A DNA stretch of 60,191 nt, filler included, from Gonapodya sp. JEL0774 (lineage: Eukaryota), in NCBI GenBank assembly GCA_027604505.1. It is 4 parts of 4 records of this genome, joined end to end, with 100 filler letters (N's around TTAATTAATTAA, not from the genome) between each part and the next. Parts side by side here need not be neighbours in the genome. Positions count along the whole stretch, not along the records: positions 30,301 to 45,197 come from JADIIX010000303.1; positions 45,298 to 60,191 come from JADIIX010000304.1; 2 more parts are not named here. One strand, 5' to 3'. The position numbers and the translations under genes were made by a program. Position 1 is the stretch's first letter. Each line of letters begins with the position of its first letter. Positions 37,801-49,799 of this stretch are shown piece by piece. The notes under the pieces are model-generated. The model was not told where the DNA came from. It saw only the letters and a list, made by a program, of their open reading frames with translations, and made no database searches.

Positions 37801-40800
37801 TGTGACCTCTCTACGGCGTGATCTCAGGGGGGTTAGATTGGAAAACAATCCAACAAGACCTGCATACTGTCCAGCGGCGCAACGGTTGGCCGGCCAATGC
37901 GTAAGGCAGACGCCGTTGCAACCAGCACAGCGCCTTGGTGCTGGGGGGTTGTGTTGTGTCGATTGTTCCGTCGGTTTTTGTCCGAATACTGATATATCTG
38001 ACCTCTGTTTTAGGCAACAAGTTCCTCACATCCGGGTTGCTTCCCCACTCTGTGTCAAGATCGCACACAACATTGCTGGAGACAATGTAAGTGAAGCGGG
38101 GCTTGTTTCAGTCCCGCAGAATGCTGAGACTGTCAATTATAATTCTTGATGTGTAGGGTTTGCAAGACTCCCCTGAGCTTCACATGAATAATGTGGCCGA
38201 GAACTCCCTTGTGGATGATCCCATTACATTGGAGGTGCCTGTCGGCACACTCCTTGCACAACAGCCACACAACAAACAGGTGAATGAACATGACAGCAAA
38301 CTTCATGGTACTGTCCCAACGCTAATGAAAGCAGAGGCCCTGCCCAGCACTGTAGATGAGGACGATGGTGCAATACGGCACCGCACTGCGCTGATCAAAG
38401 CACAAGTCTTCGGTGTATCGCTTGACAATGTGCTGCTCGACTCTTGTGCTAACTTTTCGGCTATTTGTGCAGATGTTTACCGCAATTCTATTGCTGGGAA
38501 GAACGATTTTTGTAAACGTGCAAACGCATGCAAGATTCGCATGACGCTCGGTGTTTCAGGCACATTTGCTACATCTATTGGCATTGTGTTTTGTGCTACG
38601 ATTTGCCTTGCTGGTGGCCCACCTGTTACACAGTGCTTGCACGTGGTGGAAAACTTGTGTTGGGAACCAATTTTCAGACGTCAACGCGGTTATCAATCAA
38701 TTGGCAAGCGCAAACTCTCCAGTTCCCGCTTTCTTGGGAAGCAAAAGTTAAAACGACAGGATTCTCTACACCAATTGCCATCAACGTGCAGATGGATGCG
38801 GATCCGGAAGTAGACGAGCATGACGGCTACAGACTGCTCTTAGCTGATGCCATTCGGATTCCTGGTGAATCACGTGCCTACGTTTGACTCATTCCCGTGG
38901 ACCCGGGTTTGTGTGTGAAATAAAATGAAGGGCGTGAGGTGTCTACTATGGCAAACAATTTGTTTGCTGCACGAGACAGCGTCATAATTGCAAAAGGCGT
39001 GCACAACATTGTGTAATTTCTACACTATTAACAAATTGGACTACCTCACCACTCTTGGTGCCAGCAAACTCACATGTTGCCAGTTTTGAGTTCAAACATC
39101 CCCGAGATTATATTGCTGAAATGAACAAGAGTGACACTGAGCCAGTTGAATTCAACTTATGGTTTGACTGTCATGGCAATGAATTCCAGTTGCGCAGGAA
39201 TGAACCTGTGGTGTTTACGCCAGAAGTGGCACCAGCAGCAGAGATTGAGGGACTCAATTTGTCCCGAAGCAATCTTACTGACGAAGAACATGATTGTTTA
39301 ACATATTTCTTGAAAAAGAACAGGGATGCGTTTAGTATTGGTGATACTACGGGATTGGTATCCACTGTGGAGCACTGTGTCAAATTGGTGGAGGGCATAC
39401 AACGGATCAAATCCCGACCCCACAGGGTTGGACTGTCTGAAAAAGCGACGATCTCGAAGGGGATTGCGGATATGAGACAACATTATGCAACCGTCAGAGA
39501 GTGAGTGGGCATCACCGGTTGTCATGGTACCAAAGAAAGACGGAACAATGCGCTTTTGCATTGATTACTGCAAACTCAATGCATTAACAAAGAAGGACGT
39601 TTACCCACTTCCACGCGTGGATGACCTCCTTGACGCCACACAAGGAGCACGTTTTACACCGCGCTTGATATTACGTGGGGCAATTGGAACGTCAACATGA
39701 CGCCGGAACACCGTGCGCTGACAGCTTTCATAACGCACAAAGGGCTATTCGAATTAAAGCATATGACTTTTGGCATGACTAATGCTCCGGCAACGTTTCA
39801 ACGGCTTATGGACGCCGTTTTACGAGGTATTAATTGGGTCTACATTCTGGTATACTTAAATGATATCTTGGTATTCTCCAGTACGTTTGACGATCACCTT
39901 AAGCACTTGGAGGAAGTGTTTCAGCAGTTGCGCAATACAAAATTGAAGCGGCGAGCGACAAAATGCTTGTTCTGTCAGAGGGAAACGCCGTACTTGGGCC
40001 ACGTGATTACAAACAACAGGATGATCAAAATGGATCCTAAAAAGATCACTGCGATTCAAGACTTTCCCCCACCGTCTAATGTATCGGCATTGCGCAGTTT
40101 CCTGGGGTTGACAGGTCATTACAGTCACTTTATTCCAAATTTTGCACACGTTGCTGTACTGCTTACAGATATGGCTGCTTTGAATATTGTGCACAACTGG
40201 ACGAATGAAAACGCATGGTTGGTGTTTCATCGTTTGAAGGAGTTGACGTGCTCTGCGTCTGCTTTGCGGTGAGTTGATTACTTGCGCCTGTTTATCTTGC
40301 AAACACAAGCATCAAAAGTATCATTGGCAGGTATTTTAAACCAACGTGATCCTGACTGGAGAGAGTACCTGATTGGGGCGGCAAGTAAGAAATTGAAGGC
40401 GGCGGAGAAATGCTGGGACAGAAGCACCCCTGAAGCGCTTGCAATCATTTGGGGCTGTGAATACCTCCGGCATTTCTTGCTTGGAGTACTGTTTGAACTT
40501 CAAACTGATCACGAAGCATTGCGGTTGATCAAGTTGCCTATGGCAGTGGGCAAGATTGTCTGCTTTGCTCTTTGATTATCAGAATATGATATTTGTCTGT
40601 CTTACAAAAAGGGAAAGTTGCACACTAATGTGGATGCAATCTCCCGTGTTCCTCCTGATGACGACCACAAACCGATGGATTTGGACACGTCAGTCCCAAT
40701 GTACGGTGATGTTTCCCGACCTGAATTACCTGACGAAGCTGTCAGCCACAAATCGGAAACTCGTTTTGTCTCGCACCCTTCCAGCGTTTGGACAATTGTA

Positions 40801-43066
40801 GGGGTTGGCAAGGGTGACGCTGTGCCAGAGGCTAGTGCACCTGGTGCCTTCTCCGCTCACTCCTTTGCAGAGGCGCACTACTGGGAGAGCTGGGCGAAAG
40901 CTCAGTATGCAGATTACGATTTGCACTCAGTATTTAACGTTTTGCAGAATCGTATTCTGGACTGGGAAGCTGATTCACTGCAATATATTGAGGCCGCACA
41001 GATAGCACGGGGTGCACGTTGTGTAATGGGTTGCTTTATTGTTTAGTACCGGAAGCGCCTAGACACTGGATTGTGGGGGAACACGTTGACGTGATGCTAC
41101 CGGTTCACAGACCATATGCGATGGTGCATGGCCCTTTAGTTGTACCGTACACTTGGCGTGAAGAGCTGTTACACATGTTCCCTGATCAGCCAATGGCTGC
41201 CCATGCTGGTATGACGCATATTATCTGTTTATTGGGAGGTCAATAGTATTGGTCTAACTGGGTACATGATGTGCACCAGTACGTTGGGAGTTGTATATCG
41301 TGTCAGAGTTGGAAGCCTCCACAACCGATGCGACAGGGTTTGTTGCACCCGTTCGACTTTTCAGCTGCACAACTGTTTGACGATGTGTGTGCGGATCATT
41401 GTGGGCCGTTCCCGCCTACACCGGAAGGTTATCAGTATATTCTTGTACTGGTTGATTCATTTACACGTTGGAAGGAAGCAATTCCTGTCTCCGACGTCTC
41501 GGCAATTACTACGGCAAAAGCGGTGTGGCATCATTGGATTTGCTGTCACTCGATGTTTAGGTGTTTCCACTTGGATCGGGGGCCGGCTTTTCACAATGTG
41601 TTGTTTAAGGGGCTAGCGTATTACCTTGATTTCGATCAAACACATTCATCTCCGTTCCATCCCCAAGGGAACCCATACGCTGAACGTATAATGAAGCCTT
41701 TGGTAGATGGGTTCATGCATTACGTGAATTTGAAGGTACGAATTGGAATGACGCATTACCGGCTATTATGTTTGTGTTTAACAGGCAGTATCATTCTACA
41801 TTGAATGATTCACCATTTTCTTTTGCGACCAGTCATGATGCTAAAATGCCGGTTAATGTTATCACGGGGATGTCTACTGGTGTGGTGTGCACACTTCCAG
41901 TGGATGGGGAGGGAAAGCCCTGACCCATTGCAGCGTCTTTGTCTGAAGCATACAATGTGCTCTGTGAACGAATTGATGTTGCGGCAAATGCTCGTAAGAT
42001 GGCGTATGATGCGACGCACAAAGATGTCGAATTCGAAATTGAAAGTATGGTGATGGTTTACTATGAAGAACGCCATCGTCCAGGCAAAAGCTCCAAATTC
42101 ATTTCAAAATGATTTGGCCCGTTCCGTATCACTGAGAAAGTTGGTCGGGTCACATATCGTGTGAAACATATTTATACGGGTCAAACTACGTTGGCGCACG
42201 TTACACGTCTTTGGAAAATTCTGCCGCGTATTGGCATGTTTTCCGCCACAATAGATATTCCTGATACTATGCATGTCCCAGACGCCTCCGTGTTGTTGGA
42301 ACCTCCTGTTATCGAGCTGGTGGAACCTGCACCCACTCCAACTGCTGTTGATGTATTGGGTATGCCCGTTTATGAAGTTGAGGTACTTCTTGATTGCCGC
42401 CAGAATGGTCCGTTGGTGGAGTACTATGTAAAGTTTAATGGTTATTCCGTCCCTGAGTGGGTTGAAGAGGAAAACATTTTGGAGAAGGCTATGTTGGATG
42501 ATTATGAAAGCCGTTACCGAATCGGTCCACATGGACGTGCTCTTACGAGAGGGCAACGCAAGCGGGCGATGAATACACGTTTGGAAATTCACCGTGCGGC
42601 GTACTTCGGGCGTGTTGGTACTGAGGACCCGCCACCGCAATTTACTCGGCCACCCGAACAGCCTCGTGGTATGAAGCCTAGTGGCTCTGATTTGATGAAA
42701 GGGCTACGTGGCTCCCTCCAAAAGAGGAAGGGGGAGAAAGTGGCTCAAGGAGCCATGGCCGTCGACGATGAGTTAGAGACTGCTGAATGTTTGCGTGTTA
42801 TGTGTTGATGATGATTACTTTTACAGGTCAGGGTATTTTGTACACTTCTGTACGGTACAATTACGTTACCGCCTTTTCGTATTCGACTGTGTGCTTTTAG
42901 TGACGAGGGTGTCACTTGAAAGAGGAAGGGGGACTGTGGCGTACTGGGCACCTGGGTTGACCACAGTCGAGGGATATATGCAGGTAGTCATATATACTGT
43001 ACGATCTAGACATACATCAGATCTCCGTCCTACATCTACCAGGCCGGTCCAGTACGGGACATCACA
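34881..43066 (+). mobile_element. Full-length degenerate Ty3/Gypsy LTR retrotransposon with integrase-fused chromodomain
   Basis: LTRs 34881-35004 and 42935-43066; TSD GCCC; PPT AGAGGAAGGGGGAC; knuckle CFN*NKGGHFRRDC; protease LLDSCAN; RT WASPVVMVPKKDGTMRFCIDY and VYLNDIL; RNase H LQTDHEAL; integrase H..CISC, ADHCGPF, LDRGPAF, AERI; chromodomain YEVEVLLD..EYYVKFNGYSVPEWVEEENI. Confidence 0.96.
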
Positions 43067-44140
43067 GCCCGTAATACCGTGTACTGAATGAACTTGATAA
43101 TCTCATTGGAACCAAGACGCTTGGCACAATCTACTGCTCTCATCTTGTATTGAGATGGCGCTCTGGGATCTGCTCCCAGCTCCAGCAGTTGCTTAACCAC
43201 ATCAGTCTTACCCGAGGCAACAGCATTCCAAAGTACTTTGTTTTCATGAAATTGAACATTGGCTCCCCAGCGAAGCAAAAAGAGTGACTAAATCCCAACG
43301 TCCACGGCCCTCAGCATATCTCAATGGCGATCCGTTCTGGGCATTGGTGTCTGCTCCATGATCCAGCAGCAGACGCATCATTTCGACTAGCCGTAACAGA
43401 GCTGCCACACATATTGCTTCATTGTCCCGCGTACTCACATCTGCACCCTTTGATAGCAACAGACGAACTGCGTCCAAATTGTCACTAACCGTTGCGACCA
43501 ACAATGGATAGTCCTCAAAGACGTGAATGTCGGCTCCGTGACTCAACAACTCCAACACTACTTCCGATCGTCCAAACTCTGCTGCTTCACATAACGCACT
43601 ACATCCCTCCACGTTGCATTCCCTTGGCTCCAAATTGGCACCTTTTGAGAGAAGCAGTCGCACGGTCTCCACGTTACCGCAGCGTGAGGCCATCCACAAG
43701 GGCCCATCATCGTGAAAATGAATGTCTGCACCGTGCTCAAGTAGCATCTTTACAGTTTCAAGATGCCCGGTGGAACACGCCTCCATAAGAGCGGTATAAA
43801 CCTCACCGTTATCCGAGCTAGAGATGTCCACGTTCGCACCGAGGTGCAGCAGACACTGCACAACAGCTGGATTTCCAGCTTTGATCGCAGCTCTTAGTGG
43901 GGTGATTGTATCGCTTTGATACTTCTGATTTCCTAGATTGAGTCGACTCGTCCAGTCCACATTGAAGTCAGGACGATCTGTAGACCGCTCGCACATGGAC
44001 TTGACGAACCGAGAATCGCCAGTCGAGGATCTCAGACACTCCCAAACGATCGCTTCCATCAACGGCGTGTAGCGGGCGATAGCTCCGGCGGCGATGTTGT
44101 TTGGCGTGGCGAAAATCGAAGCCAGATGGCGGTCCAGCAT
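43067..44140 (-). pseudogene. Ankyrin-repeat protein (frameshifted; 3' end interrupted by Gypsy; 5' exons uncertain, up to ~44520)
   Basis: Repeats TPLRAAIKAGNPAVVQCLLHLGANVD, TALMEACSTGHLETVKMLLEHGADIH etc.; one extra T in a homopolymer near 43278; native tail AVNQAPKV* found at 34852-34876. Confidence 0.88.
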
Positions 44141-45121
44141 ACCGTCGGTGGTCCAAGTCGGAAGTCGAGGTATACACCGATGAGAAGGATACCTTCGGCG
44201 GGAAGGAGGGATAAAGTTGATGATGGTTGTTGGGAAGGCGGGTGGACGGAACCGTTGGGCGGGTCGGCACAGGAGCACAGGGAATACGAGCAAGAGGACG
44301 AGACGCCAGTCATGGGAACTTTGGAAACAAGGTGCCGGGGTATGGCGCGGGGGAAAAAGCGATGATGTGGGATTGTGTGGAATGGGCGACAAAAGTCCGA
44401 GATGGTTGTGGGGACTGTGCTGAAGCCTGCTGTGTGCTGTGGAGAACTTGAGAACCAACACAATGAAACTCTTTCCGTAAACCTCTCTCCGACGAATTCA
44501 TATATCGGTGCGCGCGAACAATTGTTCATCCGAAACATCTTTGACAGTGAGGAATGTGTGACACTAGACAGAGCGCGTTGGGGTTCAGTTTGCCTGCCAC
44601 CAAAGCTTCAGACAATGATGTCTCCCTGTAACAATCATGCTACCTAATTCGATGATTCTTAGTAAAACATAAAATGTCACCCGATGTGATCCCGCAGTCC
44701 CATGAAATCATTAAAAGGAGATTGGTCTCCACCCGGGACTGGCGAGAAACGGCGATGGCACCTGGGAATCTGGCCATCTCGACAGGAAGTGCGGGATTCA
44801 GAGTGCCGTGTATCACGAGCACTCCCCATTTTGAGTTCACGCGTCGCGCGAAATTTGTTCTGTCAAGCCACGCATGAACTTTTGATCACAAAGAACGGGG
44901 CCAGCTGCTTCACCGTAGATCTGGTTTCGTAGACGTCAATGTTGGCAGATCGGGGTGGGACCCAGCAAGACCGAGTGCACATTCCTGTTTGCGTGAGGGT
45001 CAGAGGTGCGATGCGGCTGCCTAGCCAGGCCTCACTTCACCGGTGCCCGCCAACAAGAAGAAGGTATCCAAACTTGCAACCTTCTCCTGTGTCCTCAACC
45101 AAGGGACGCGCCATGAAACGC

Positions 45122-45374
45122 GGAAAATACTTTTACCTGACCCCCTTAAGTCTTTTATCTGACCCACATCGGTACTTTTTTCTGACAGGCCAGTTTANNN
45201 NNNNNNNNNNNNNNNNNNNNNNNNNNNNNNNNNNNNNNNNNTTAATTAATTAANNNNNNNNNNNNNNNNNNNNNNNNNNNNNNNNNNNNNNNNNNNNGTA
45301 AACTGGCCTGTCAGAAAAAAGTACCGATGTGGGTCAGATAAAAGACTTAAGGGGGTCAGGTAAAAGTATTTTCC
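45122..45374. mobile_element. Mutator-like terminal inverted repeats flanking an assembly gap (45198-45297)
   Basis: 45122-45197 is the exact reverse complement of 45299-45374; starts GGAAAATAC; three CTGAC motifs; no clean TSD. Confidence 0.7.
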
Positions 45375-47009
45375 CATTACAACTTGTGCTCGATGTGATT
45401 CTAGAGGTTGATTCGATGTGATGCGTCTTAGATATGCCAGAAGCGAAGGACGCGCACCGTTGGGCTTTTTGAGGTGTGGGATTGATTTGAGGGGTACGCG
45501 CTGGGACTGGGTCATCGTTTGCGGCGAATTCAGTTCACATTCACCCTTTACAAACTATCGACTTGAAAATGCTTCGAAGCCTTGGAACAGAATCACACCT
45601 CTACGGAAATGTGGATGAAACGACAGTTTTGCTCTCTGTTGCCTCGAATGTGTGCCGTACTCATCCATTCAATGTATGTCCTGTTCTCACGACAGGTCAG
45701 CACCTTCGACAGGGGACACAAAGGGTCATGAAGCAGCTGGAAAGCCTCTACCTCTCTGGACTCTTTGTGTTGTGGTCGATCTGAAGATGCGAGTCAAAAA
45801 TATTTCCAGAGAACACTTTCAGTGGTCTATAGACTTTTGCTGCTTTCTTCAACACTGAAAACAACTCCAGCTCTATTAACGCGCGAAAAACTACGTCAAG
45901 GGTGAAAGCTACGGTTTCGGAAATTGAGGAGATCATTCATTCTCTTGCAATGAGCTGCGTGAAGTGTTTCTGTGTGGTTCTGTAGACCGCAAGCACCCCG
46001 GCAAGAAAAAGAAAAGTGAGATCTATTTCTTTCAAAGTTTTGAGTCCGGCAAGTGGTGAGAAGTTGTGTGACATCTTCGTTTCTGCACGTTGAGCTTTTT
46101 GTAACATCGTCATTGCATGGGTTCTCTTTTAGTCAGCCTCACGGCAACGTCTCTTTTTCCCATTCGCCTGCTTCTATCAGCTGCTTTGCAGAATATTGCG
46201 GGAATCGTTGCCTGGTCTCTGCTACGGCCAGGTGGCTGGTGGCACAAGCTGCTCGAATCAGGGAACCTCAGGAATTTAACTCCTATCGCACCTCTGGCCT
46301 GGAAGGCGAGGCACACGAAGGAGCAAGCTTTGCAATGGGAGATGTGATTCCCTGGTCTTGAAATCTCCTGAATGTTGACCTTGGCCATTCACATTCTCAC
46401 TCCTCCGATTCGTGAATTGAAAGAAACGTGCGTGTGCTTTGTTATTGCTATATTCTTAACAGCTCTGACCGCCTCTTACGATAGGGGCGTTGCGCTCGTA
46501 CGATGTGGGAGAGGAACTGGTAGTGGCGCTGGATGTGATCCTGAAGAGCAAGGAACTCGTAGGTTCCCAAGGTCAGCTAAGTTACATCAAGGGGCACCGA
46601 AGACATAGTTTGTAAGAAGATTGTTGAGTCAAGAATGTCCTCCCGTTTTCACCCATAGGCGCCAACGCTTGGAATTAGGAACATGGGAAGCAATCAGGTA
46701 TAAGTAACTATAAATCTGTAATAAGGCAATTATGTGAAGGCAACTTTCGTAGTTCCCATTTCCGGGGTGTTGGCCTGCTGCCTGGAGAGTGGGGGAGTGA
46801 TTTCGAAGGTTCGCTCACCATAACTCGGGTATCACAATTGTCGTAACCCACAAACTCCGAATCAACGATCGCTTTTGACTTCTATCTCTTCCAAATCTTC
46901 TGCCGTGCTCTGTCTCGATTATTCCTCATCATCCCCCACTCCTTCCACAATCACCGAGTTGTCCACCTCCAGTCCTTCATGATCCTTCCTCTCCTTCGTC
47001 ACCACCAAA

Positions 47010-48960
47010 ATGAAGCTCGGTCACTCAAATAGTCCGATGACGGTCGCCGCTGGTCCGATGGCCGGCCGTGTCGAGCCGGAGGACGGTAACAACTGCATCG
47101 TCCGAAACAAGATCAAAACGAAGAAGCACAAATTCTCCGCGTTCATGCCCATCTCGCGCGCTTTCGGCAGATTCGTATCACTCGGATTGAACAGCCTCGC
47201 GCTTTATGCGGTTGTCAGGGCAGGTGTGGACGCCTCTGAGATAAAGCGAGCCATGGCCAACGAGATGCGGGGAGAGGAGATGAAGGCAGTCGTGAGGGAG
47301 GAAGACGTGCAAAGGCAGGTGGAGAAGGCTTCGGTATTCTGCTACAAGAAGGAGATGGAGGTGAGATGGTGTCTGTTTGTTCAAACATCTCTTGCCTGAC
47401 TTCACCTTTACGGGGTATCACCGGCGTAAACGCGAAGAACACTCTATGCGGCGTCACAAATCTGAATGAGATTAGTACTTCTCTGAAAAGGCTGAGCGAG
47501 GTGAGTTGGATATCTGATCTGATTCTCAGACCAACTGAAGCTCATTGTGTTATCCAAACGATAACGCCTCCTGCAAGAAGGAGAACGTCCAAGATTGCGA
47601 GCAAATCAGTACATATGAGCGCTTCTCAGATTCACTCAATGAGGTGAGCGAGCATTGCATTCGTCTTGGGTTTGGTGAGCTTAACCTTGTTCCATTTGGT
47701 TGTCCGGACGGACTTCTCACTGGTTACGCAGGGCAACGGCACAGGGACTTCTCGAATTTTAGCAACCAGTACACTGGAAATGCCTGTTCAAGAGAACGAT
47801 AAAATCGTGACCAAGGAGGCGGAATATACAGAGACCTCTTTCGGGAGCAGCGCCACCATCTGTTACGATTCGGTGAGTGAATCTGCGTTGAAGCGTGCAA
47901 CTTGGATATGGGACGTTCTTTATTTTGGACGTTCGCCAACTCCAAGGTGGTCATCAACGGGGATGCAACTGTTTCCGCGAACTTTTCTGCTATGAGAGAA
48001 TTGGAGCTATTCACGGCAAGCAATACAGAGTGCAAGCCACAAGACACGTTGTTTTCCAGTATCTCGTCCAAGCTTGTCCGAGTCGCCACCCACGCCAAAA
48101 CACCACAAGAACTTTTCCCTGAGTACTACCGGTTCACTCCTCTTGCAGCTGTTGGACAGTCACTCTCGATATGAAAGGCAGATCACATTGTTACTGGCCA
48201 ACTCGTGGTCCTCGAAGAAGCTGTGGATAGCCGGCTTGGTGGGCACCCAAATACTGCGGAGGTGGCTTTCACATTCCTGCTGAGCGGAATGAAGTATGGC
48301 GTCGAGACAATCAAAATTGTTGTGACGTCGCAGTCGGTATTCATCGTGACGGCATACCCAGGAATGTTTGATGCTGTCACATATGCGAAGGCTCTTGGGA
48401 ATCAAGCCGCAAAGTCACCCAAAGAAAAGACACGCTGCTTTGCGGAACTGGAGAAGCTGATGTACAAAATTGCACTTGCCGTGTATCAACCTCGAAGTCT
48501 TGGTCTAGTGGTGTGCGACATGAAATCATGCAACGTTGTTGTGGAAATCAGAGGAAATCCGACTCTGATGGGTTACGGGATGATGATGCAAGCACGCCGC
48601 GATGGAACAATCACTTAAATTGGTGGCTCTGAATCGTATGAAGCTCCAGAATGCAAGGGCTATCGTGACAGAAACGCGATCGTGACTCAAAAGATTGACG
48701 TCTACTCCCTGGCTGTAACGATGTGCGAGATGAGTGAAGCGTTTCGCAACCCTCACAGAGAATGTGCCTTAAGCATGCCGAAGCTGGAGGACGTAGCGTG
48801 ACGGAGCAGAATCATCTCACCACCCCTCCGAGCGCTGCTCCGAGGAATGCCCGCGCAAGACCCCGTGTTCCGTCCCAACATGGTGGACTTATTATCCTCT
48901 TCGTGGGTGTCACAACTACATACCGAAAGTGTTTCGCACTCAACTCAATGTGGTAGCCCG
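47010..48960 (+). pseudogene. Protein kinase pseudogene/pseudokinase with unknown N-terminal domain
   Basis: KADHIVTGQLVVLEE (subdomain II Lys absent), VCDMKSCNVV, GYG in place of DFG, YEAPE, KIDVYSLAV; in-frame stops at 48172-48174 and 48616-48618. Confidence 0.75.
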
Positions 48961-49799
48961 GCTAAATTTGACGACAAAATTTGCCACACGCTCTCAAAAT
49001 AATGACGAGTACACTTGGCTGGGCGGAGAAAGAGGTTACGGACGCACTGAACACCCCACTGCGCACTGAACACCCCACTGTTTAGCAAACAAGACCACCG
49101 CACAATTCGAGATCTCAATCAGGAATTTCAATCCACGTTTTTTGCGAAACTGTCAAGCGCTCTGAGGATATCGCCTCCGGTCGTTCAGTGTGTTGAAGAG
49201 TTTGGAGATGCTTATGATCGAGTGACTTGCGCGAGGAACCTTTACTCAGTACTGTGCGAACAATTGAAAAATGGAACAAACCCATTCGATGTGCCTGTGG
49301 AAGTGCAACCGGGATCGTCATGCGAAGAAGCCGAGAATCTCTTCAAATTGTTGTTCTTAGGAGGGCCAACGAGGCCGATAGCCGCACAATAAGAAAGGAA
49401 TGGAACTTTTTGTGATTGACCCAATTTGTTGGTGGATATTGTGTTAAGTCGCGTAAGGCAAGCACTATCTGTGTATTCATATTTGCCTGCGTTTAAACAA
49501 TGAGCCATGCAATACCAATGCGCAAGCCATTCAGTGCCTCACTCCAGAGTGCTAATGTTTGTGGATGGTGTGACGTGGAGTCAGTGGCCAGAAATTGTCA
49601 CACTGCGGTCCTTGGTCCAGTTTGCTGGGAGCAAAAATGATGCAAACATGATGTAGTGTTCGGTGAATTGTTGTACCGAGCATAGGCATCACCACTTGCG
49701 TTGTGTTGGCCTAGAGGGATTCGCATCAACTGGAGAGCACATTCTTACTCGAATATAAGCTCTTACCCATCTGAAGGTACCTAAACCTCCACTCATGGC

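Noticed and set aside
15060..45297. Identical TTAATTAATTAA motif at three sites
   Set aside because: Embedded in N runs; an artificial scaffolding linker, not biology
49043..49080. 19-bp perfect tandem duplication CGCACTGAACACCCCACTG
   Set aside because: Only two copies in intergenic DNA; most likely slippage
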